Shown: positions 58,281-64,000 of the stretch, piece by piece | Position numbering within the stretch: the first letter of the stretch is position 1 | How the letters are laid out: the number at the start of each line of letters is the position of its first letter | From: Candidatus Liptonbacteria bacterium | Lineage (GTDB): Bacteria; Patescibacteriota; Minisyncoccia; UBA6257; 2-01-FULL-56-20 | Assembly (NCBI GenBank): GCA_016867315.1 | Contig: VGJV01000001.1 | Location: forward strand, 34,863 to 98,862 | Length of the DNA: 64,000 nt | Direction: 5' to 3' | Notes under the pieces: model-generated | Database searches by the model: none | What the model saw: the letters and a program-made list of their open reading frames with translations, nothing else | Told to the model about the DNA's origin: nothing | Translations under genes and position numbers: made by a program

Positions 58281-59981
58281 ATGGCGGGATTTATTAAAAA
58301 AATAATTGGGTCGTTCTTCCCTCAAGAGCGGGCCCTTTTTTTTATGGCAATAGCCTGCTTTGGAATCAGCGCCGTAGCGCTTGCGGCTTTGAAATTGGAG
58401 CGGGCCACGACCGCAATCCCCACGCATGGCGGAGAATATGTGGAGGGGGTCGTGGGACAACCCGCCTATGCGAATCCGGTACTCGCTTTGACTGAAATTG
58501 ACAGGAGTCTCGTCCGACTCATATTTTCAAACGTACCTGCGCTCGCAGAGAAATTGGAGGCGGGAGATCGGCAACGCAGCTGGAACATACGTCTTCGAGA
58601 AAATCTCACGTGGCATGATGGGGCGAAACTCACCAGTGATGACGTCATCTTTACCATCCAAAAGATTCAAGACCCCGAGTCTCGCTCTCCCCTCGCTCTA
58701 TCGTGGCAAGGAATTACCGTGCGACGGGTGAGTGAGCTGGAGTTTATTATCCAGCTCCCCAGCCCCTATATCTTCTTTACCGAAAATTTAAATAATCTTT
58801 TTGTGCTTCCCAAGCATCTCTTTGCTGATATTCCGACCTCGAATTGGCGACTCTCTGCCTATAACCTTAAGCCTATCGGGAGCGGACCCTATCAGTTCGA
58901 TTCTTACCATCAGCAACCAGATGGATTTATTGATCGTTACGCCCTACGAGCGATAAGAACTCCCTCGAGCTTGCCTCCCGGACGGGCAGATACCCCCCAT
59001 GTCGCGGCGTTCACTATGGAATTTTTCCGGAATATGGACGAGGCTTTTAAAGCGTTCAATGCAGGGAAAATCGATGGCTTGGGCGGAGTGGATATGACTC
59101 TTTTAAACGCCATTCAGCGACCTTATACACTCCACGCGTTTACCACTCCCAGTTATTACGCAGTTTTCTTAAACGGGACTCATAATAACGCTCTTAAAGA
59201 GCCTGTCGTCCGGAGCGTACTTTCTCGTGCTGTAGATCGTGAGATGTTAGTCTCTCGCGCGCTCGAAGGATATGGATTGCCTCAAGCAGGCCCACTTTTA
59301 GAATCTTCCCCCCAAGCGACAAGTACTGAGGTGAGCACTTCTACTCCTCGCGCAAGTTCAAGCAGCCTCTCGAATGAAGCACAACTCATTCAAGAACTCG
59401 AAGCTGCCGGCTGGAAGATGACTACTTCGAGCGAAGCTCGCGTGAGGTTTGAAGGGAACGCGAGTACTACCCTTAAAGCCACACTCCTTGTTCCGCAAGT
59501 GCCTTTCCTTATTACTACCGCCGAAATGCTTCGAGACTCCTGGCAGCGATTGGGAGTGGCGGTGACTCTCCGACCCACTACCCCCGAAGAGATTCTCGCC
59601 TCCGCAATTCGCAATCGTGATTATGAAATGCTTCTTTTTGGAAATGTGCTGAATCCTGCCGAAGATCTTTTTCCTTTCTGGCATTCTTCCCAACGGTTCT
59701 ACCCGGGATTGAATATTGGCCTCTATAACAATAAAAAGGCGGATGCGCTTACGGAAGAAATCCGAGGAGAAAGCAACGAGGAGAATCGTGAGAACAAATT
59801 AGCCGCCCTAGCAACTCTCATCACCGCCGATGTGCCTGCAATTTTCCTCTACTCCCCCGAATATCTTTTTGTGACTGCGAAGAATGTAGGTGGAGTGCAA
59901 CCGCGGCGCATTGCGAACCCACCGGAGCGCTTTTTGAACGCTGCAGCATGGTATGTAAAGACAGCCAGAGTGCTTAAATAG
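58281..59981 (+). CDS. ABC-transporter substrate-binding protein family 5-like (OppA/DppA fold), membrane-anchored
   Basis: N-terminal TM, about 560 aa, SBP_bac_5-like segments (WHDGxxLTSDDVIFT). Confidence 0.55.
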   Translation: MAGFIKKIIGSFFPQERALFFMAIACFGISAVALAALKLERATTAIPTHGGEYVEGVVGQPAYANPVLALTEIDRSLVRLIFSNVPALAEKLEAGDRQRSWNIRLRENLTWHDGAKLTSDDVIFTIQKIQDPESRSPLALSWQGITVRRVSELEFIIQLPSPYIFFTENLNNLFVLPKHLFADIPTSNWRLSAYNLKPIGSGPYQFDSYHQQPDGFIDRYALRAIRTPSSLPPGRADTPHVAAFTMEFFRNMDEAFKAFNAGKIDGLGGVDMTLLNAIQRPYTLHAFTTPSYYAVFLNGTHNNALKEPVVRSVLSRAVDREMLVSRALEGYGLPQAGPLLESSPQATSTEVSTSTPRASSSSLSNEAQLIQELEAAGWKMTTSSEARVRFEGNASTTLKATLLVPQVPFLITTAEMLRDSWQRLGVAVTLRPTTPEEILASAIRNRDYEMLLFGNVLNPAEDLFPFWHSSQRFYPGLNIGLYNNKKADALTEEIRGESNEENRENKLAALATLITADVPAIFLYSPEYLFVTAKNVGGVQPRRIANPPERFLNAAAWYVKTARVLK

Positions 59982-60015
59982 CGCGTAGCGAGTAGCGTGT
60001 AGCAAGGAGCTACAT

Positions 60016-60044
60016 TTGACAGAAAGGAAATCACGGAGTATAAT
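60016..60044 (+). promoter_or_regulatory. perfect consensus sigma70 promoter TTGACA-N17-TATAAT
   Basis: TTGACAgaaaggaaatcacggagTATAAT read directly; 98 nt upstream of tRNA-Leu. Confidence 0.6.
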
Positions 60045-60095
60045 GAAGGCATATTTCGTAATTCCTCCTTCTTTCTTTTGTTCTGATTATTTTCC

Positions 60096-60122
60096 TGCGG
60101 ATGTGTCCGCACGTTTTTCTTT
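60096..60122 (+). terminator. intrinsic terminator-like hairpin TGCGGA-tgtg-TCCGCA followed by CGTTTTTCTTT, located between the promoter and tRNA-Leu
   Basis: GC-rich 6-bp stem, 4-nt loop, 9-nt T-rich tail. Confidence 0.5.
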
Positions 60123-60141
60123 GCGATAGTGTTATTTACAA

Positions 60142-60222
60142 GGGCAGGTGGTGGAATGGCAGACACGTACGGTTCAGGGCCGTATGCCGTAAGGCATGAG
60201 GGTTCAAGTCCCTCCCTGCCCA
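60142..60222 (+). tRNA. tRNA-Leu (anticodon CAG), type II with long variable arm
   Basis: Acceptor GGGCAGG/CCTGCCC, D-stem GTG/CAC, anticodon stem TACGG/CCGTA with loop TTCAGGG, variable hairpin TGCC-GTAA-GGCA, T-arm GAGGG-TTCAAGT-CCCTC, discriminator A; CCA not encoded. Confidence 0.85.
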
Positions 60223-60249
60223 CATTTCTTTAATTCATTATTCGATAGC

Positions 60250-60585
60250 ATGGCGACATACGAAGATTTTCAAAAAATAGACATTCGGGTTGGGAAGATT
60301 ATTAAGGTCGAAGATTTTCCTGAAGCTAAGAAACCCGCATATAAACTCACTATAGATTTTGGGCCCGAAGTCGGGACCAAAGTCTCGAGCGCCCAGCTCG
60401 TGAAACACTACACTAAAGAAGCACTTCTCGGGAAACAGGTGATGGGAGTGGTAAATTTTCCTCCACGGAAGATAGGGCCCTTTTCATCTGAAGTGCTCAC
60501 GCTCGGAGTTCCAGATAGTGAGGGGCTCTGCGTACTCCTTGTTCCCGACAAACCAGATGCCATTATTGGCGGACGGTTATATTAA
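60250..60585 (+). CDS. csaA: tRNA-binding protein (CsaA/Trbp111 EMAP-fold); ORF-track start at 60196 lies inside the tRNA, true start MATYEDF
   Basis: IDIRVGKIIKVEDFPEAKKPAYKLTIDFG pattern of CsaA/MetG C-terminal domain; 111 aa. Confidence 0.75.
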   Translation: MATYEDFQKIDIRVGKIIKVEDFPEAKKPAYKLTIDFGPEVGTKVSSAQLVKHYTKEALLGKQVMGVVNFPPRKIGPFSSEVLTLGVPDSEGLCVLLVPDKPDAIIGGRLY

Positions 60586-60609
60586 TCAGCAATCATTAAT
60601 CACTCATAT

Positions 60610-62472
60610 ATGACAGAAAAAAATACAGAAACCATGACAGAGAAACATACCCCTGCACATCGCGGACGGCCTTCGCGTATCTCTCGGCCCACGAGCGGAC
60701 GCACCTCGCGCCCGGCGTTGGCCACTCGTTCCCGCATTCATCACGCTCCTTCCCGAGGAGAGGCGAAACGCACACCTCACCCTAAATCAGTAACACCCGA
60801 CAACGGAGAAATTGTGCCGCTTCGGTTTGTGCCATTAGGAGGGTTGGGAGAGATCGGGCGGAATATGATGTTTTTCGAATACAAAAACGAAATTGTGGTA
60901 ATTGACGCCGGCCTTCAATTCCCCGAGGAAGCGACCCCAGGGGTGGACTATATTATTCCTAACACTACCTACCTTGAGGAGCGGCGCGGGAACGTGCAGG
61001 CCTTGATCATCACCCACGCCCACTACGATCATATCGGCGCGCTTCCCTATGTACTCGACCGCATCGGGAATCCCCCGGTCTACACCACTCCCCTTTCCCG
61101 CGGCATTATCGAGAAACGCCAAGACGATTTCCCGAACAAACCCAAGCCCGCCATGATCAACGTTAAAGCGGGAGATGTCGTGCAGCTTTCGAATTATTTC
61201 AAAGCGCATTTCTTCTCCGTGGATCACACGATCCCTGAATCTGTAGGGGTAGTTTTGGAAACTCCCGCGGGGAAAGTGACTAACCTCGGGGACTTCAAAA
61301 TCGAATACGACGAGCACGGCAACGCGTATCGTCTGGACGAGCTCGAACGGGTGGGCAAGATGGGCATTACCGCTTTTATGACCGACAGCACCGGGGCGGA
61401 CGTGCTCGAGCGCGCGCCTTCCGAACGGATTGTCGAGAAAAACCTCGAAGAGCTCTTCAAGAAAGCGGAAGGGCGTATTATTGTCGCGATGTTTGCTTCC
61501 GTGCTTACCCGCATCGGAGAAGTCATCAAAATTGCGGATACACTGGGCCGGCGCGTGGCGCTCTCGGGCTATTCTATGAAATCGAACGTGGCTATCGCGC
61601 AGAACCTCGGGTTGATTAAAGCCAAGGATGGAGTGCTCATTCCCCTCGAAGAGATCCACAAGTACCGCGACGACAAGCTCCTGATCCTTTCGACCGGCGC
61701 GCAAGGCGAATCGAACGCCTCGCTCATGAAAATCATCAACGGCGAACATCGGCAGGTAAAAATCAAACCCGGAGATACCGTAATGCTCTCTTCTTCCGTC
61801 ATCCCGGGAAACGAACGGAGCGTGCAGACTATTAAAGACGATTTAGCGCGGCAAGGGGCCATCATCTACCACTCGGATATTGTGGACATCCACTCTTCGG
61901 GGCACGCCACAAAGGGAGATCTGCAGCTCGCCATGAAGCTTATCAATCCGAAATTTCTCGTACCGGTGCACGGATATTATTACAAGCGATTTGTGAACGC
62001 GCAGAACGCCGTGGAAGTAGGTATCCCCCGCCAGAACGTCTTCCTTATGGACAACGGGCAGGTGGCGGAAATCACTTCGGATAGTTTTCGGATCACGCAG
62101 GAAACCGTACCCGCCACGTATGTCATGGTGGATGGATTGGGGGTGGGCGACGTCGAGGAAGTGGTGCTTCGCGACCGCCGCGCGCTTGCTCAGGAAGGCA
62201 TGGTGGTGGTAATTCTCACCATCGAGCGCGATAAAGCCCGCCTCGTAAAGAGTCCGGATATAATCTCCCGCGGGTTCATCTATCTCAAAGAAAGCCAAGG
62301 GCTCCTCGAAGAAATGCGGAAACGTATACGGTCTCTCATGAGTCGGCTCCCCACCCACCAGCCTCTCGAAGTGGACTATCTCAAAACTCTCGTGCGGGAT
62401 CAGCTCGGGCAATTCCTCTACAACAAGATCCGCCGCCGCCCCATGATTCTCCCGGTGGTTATCGAAATATAG
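60610..62472 (+). CDS. rnj: ribonuclease J (metallo-beta-lactamase/beta-CASP) with Arg/Ser/Pro-rich N-terminal extension
   Basis: ITHAHYDHIG (HxHxDH), beta-CASP and C-terminal domain; about 555-aa core plus about 75-aa low-complexity N-terminus. Confidence 0.9.
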   Translation: MTEKNTETMTEKHTPAHRGRPSRISRPTSGRTSRPALATRSRIHHAPSRGEAKRTPHPKSVTPDNGEIVPLRFVPLGGLGEIGRNMMFFEYKNEIVVIDAGLQFPEEATPGVDYIIPNTTYLEERRGNVQALIITHAHYDHIGALPYVLDRIGNPPVYTTPLSRGIIEKRQDDFPNKPKPAMINVKAGDVVQLSNYFKAHFFSVDHTIPESVGVVLETPAGKVTNLGDFKIEYDEHGNAYRLDELERVGKMGITAFMTDSTGADVLERAPSERIVEKNLEELFKKAEGRIIVAMFASVLTRIGEVIKIADTLGRRVALSGYSMKSNVAIAQNLGLIKAKDGVLIPLEEIHKYRDDKLLILSTGAQGESNASLMKIINGEHRQVKIKPGDTVMLSSSVIPGNERSVQTIKDDLARQGAIIYHSDIVDIHSSGHATKGDLQLAMKLINPKFLVPVHGYYYKRFVNAQNAVEVGIPRQNVFLMDNGQVAEITSDSFRITQETVPATYVMVDGLGVGDVEEVVLRDRRALAQEGMVVVILTIERDKARLVKSPDIISRGFIYLKESQGLLEEMRKRIRSLMSRLPTHQPLEVDYLKTLVRDQLGQFLYNKIRRRPMILPVVIEI

Positions 62473-62480
62473 AGATATAC

Positions 62481-62527
62481 CTTCCCGCGCCTCTGGTTGC
62501 GTGTAAGGGAAGTTTCCTTTTTATTTA
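62481..62527. terminator. hairpin plus T-run after rnj (possible bidirectional terminator)
   Basis: CTTCCC...GGGAAG stem followed by TTTCCTTTTTATTT. Confidence 0.35.
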
Positions 62528-63445
62528 ACGTCGCGCACGTTTTACGTCTTCAATTTGACCCTGTATCACTGCTAACCTCTGTCGCAAATCCCGTACTCGA
62601 GTGCGTAGGTCCTCTGCAACATTTTTTGGTACTTGTTTTCCCGTTGGCGACCACACGATATCTACCACATCGACCGAGTAGATATATCTTCCGGGCACAC
62701 TCGGAGTCACATCATATGTCCCGGGGGAGAGACTCAAAGAAATCTCGCAATTGGCATCGAGCGGAGAGCCTCTTAGGAGAATTACGGAGCACGGTATCGG
62801 CTTATCTATAAATTGTACTCCGATAGCGGTTAACACTGTCCCTAAGTGCCACTCCACTGCATTTGCTCGAAGCCGCACATTATACTTTTTATTTGACTCT
62901 CCAGTCACCGTAAGTTCTGTTCTCGCATCCGCAGTGTGCTTTACCGTTTCCATAACTCCCTTGTCTTCGTTGTGCCAGCCTGAATTTGTATGAGTGCCTT
63001 TCATACGATCGGGACCTCCGGCCATTTGACTGGGATCAAGCCACTGAATCTCCGTGGGGACGTTATAACTTTTTGAAGGTTCAGCTTTAGGTCCATATTG
63101 AGTATGTACGAGATTCCCTTTATTGGTTTTCGAGTTAATAAATCCGGTCCACGAAAAACCAGTCACGCCGTAGTCATCGGCCTACTCTGCCCAATATTGC
63201 ATGTAAAAAGAGGCTTTCATTACATCACCTGAAATCACGGTGGTAGCAGTGTCAAAATGATCAGTGCTATAAGGACTACATTTTGACTCGTCCGCGCACG
63301 AAAAAGTATTTATCTCTTCATGAGATTGATAGACATCTTTAATCACCGCCGAGGGCGTAGTTTCGGCGTGAACCGGGGCGACGGTTACTGCGCCGATTGC
63401 CACAATCGCCGCGACCCATAAAACTTCTCGCTTCATTACAACCAT
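62525..63445 (-). pseudogene. secreted-protein gene interrupted by in-frame TAG (63182-63184): signal-peptide ORF 63182-63445 and GTG-initiated ORF 62525-63166 share one frame
   Basis: Only 5 codons (ADDYG) separate the TAG from the downstream ORF; upstream part has signal peptide, downstream part has none. Confidence 0.4.
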
Positions 63446-63496
63446 CTTATCATATTGGAGAAATCCAGCGTTTTTCGTTATTCTTTAGATATTCAA

Positions 63497-64000
63497 ATGC
63501 GGAAACCAATTCTCCTCTCCGGCATCCAGCCTACAGGAAAGCTCCATATTGGGAATTATGTGGGGGCTCTAAGCAATTTTGTGAAACTTCAAAACTCCGG
63601 GAAGTACGAATGTATTTTTTTCATTGTTGATCTTCATTCTCTCACCCAAGAATTCGAGCCTAAAGAAAAGCGAAAGCACATTCTTGATCTTGTTGCAGAC
63701 TATCTTGCCGCAGGCATTGAGCCGAAGCAATCGATTGTGGCGCTCCAATCCCAGATTCCAGCCCATAGCGAACTTACTTGGATTTTGAGCACCATTACTC
63801 CTATAGGAGAACTGGAGCGGATGACGCAATTCAAAGACAAGTCAGCTCGCCAGGAAGAAAATATTAATGTCGGGCTTTTCACCTATCCCATTCTCATGGC
63901 GGCGGATATTATTCTTTACGATGCCGCCTTTGTTCCCGTGGGCGAAGATCAATTGCAACATTTAGAGCTTACCCGAACGCTCGTGCGCAAATTCAATTCG
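63497..64000 (+). CDS. trpS: tryptophanyl-tRNA synthetase (5' partial, runs off window)
   Basis: GIQPTGKLHIGNY (HIGH motif), class-I TrpRS N-terminal pattern. Confidence 0.85.
   Translation, partial: MRKPILLSGIQPTGKLHIGNYVGALSNFVKLQNSGKYECIFFIVDLHSLTQEFEPKEKRKHILDLVADYLAAGIEPKQSIVALQSQIPAHSELTWILSTITPIGELERMTQFKDKSARQEENINVGLFTYPILMAADIILYDAAFVPVGEDQLQHLELTRTLVRKFNS

Noticed and set aside
60043-60129. 28-codon ORF MKAYFVIPPSFFCSDYFPADVSARFSLR across the sRNA candidate
   Set aside because: Its ATG is inside the -10 hexamer (upstream of the predicted TSS). There is no RBS, and it ends in the terminator T-run, so it is likely non-coding.
60196-60249. N-terminal 18 codons of track ORF 60196-60585 (MRVQVPPCPHFFNSLFDS)
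   Set aside because: These codons lie inside the T-arm and acceptor stem of tRNA-Leu. The CsaA-like domain begins at MATYEDF (60250).

Overview
This window reads as a compact, gene-dense bacterial chromosome segment of about 50% GC. Gene content is Gram-positive-type or candidate-phyla-like: RNase Y, RNase J and CIRCE-regulated groESL, with many short or overlapping gene junctions. No rRNA, CRISPR array, transposase or integrase is visible. The 5' end (1-14.7 kb, mostly minus strand) carries a pyrimidine/dTMP cluster with two DHODH-family genes (pyrD class 2, pyrF, pyrE, a class-1-like DHOD homologue, folA, thyA). After it come four orphan secreted proteins, three of which share a YxNxxYGFExxYP motif. 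Next are groES-groEL with a sigmaA promoter and CIRCE operator, then a redox/envelope set (NUDIX, trxB, glutaredoxin, DsbA, PAP2-like, DedA). From about 15.3 to 53.4 kb lies one very large surface-glycan locus. Its assembly genes are GT4, many GT2, a GT10 fucosyltransferase-like gene, a CgeB-like glycosyltransferase, a WbaP-like initiating transferase, a Wzx flippase, a Wzy_C/O-antigen-ligase-like gene and an FkbM methyltransferase. Embedded in the locus is a complete GDP-D-glycero-alpha-D-manno-heptose route (transaldolase, gmhA, hddA, gmhB, hddC-like). Also embedded are a GDP-fucose/colitose-type module (gmd, NUDIX gmm-like, fcl/colC-like, a ColD/E1-type 3-dehydratase with Lys->His) and an adjacent ThDP-dependent ALS-like enzyme with a class-I aminotransferase. 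A UGDH-family gene lacking the catalytic Cys sits beside a Gfo/Idh/MocA oxidoreductase. The 3' end holds housekeeping genes (rny, gpmI, secG, a family-5 SBP, tRNA-Leu(CAG) behind a perfect consensus promoter, csaA-like, rnj, trpS partial). The findings most worth a second look are listed below. (1) A 120-bp MITE-like element with 15-bp terminal inverted repeats and an internal perfect GC palindrome, present twice in opposite orientation, each copy abutting a start codon of a glycan gene. (2) A roughly 90-115 bp AT-rich repeat occupying two intra-operon spacers. (3) Recurrent GTAG-periodic stop-in-all-frames spacers. (4) Three interrupted genes: an in-frame TGA in a HIT-family gene, an in-frame TAG in a secreted-protein gene, and a frameshifted GC-rich glycosyltransferase-like remnant. 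(5) A candidate 70-nt sRNA carrying a CCUCCUU motif between a consensus promoter and an intrinsic terminator, immediately upstream of tRNA-Leu. (6) The unusual 3,6-dideoxy/branched-sugar enzyme set. Motif-level calls are from reading the translations. Coordinates of small elements are plus or minus a few nt.
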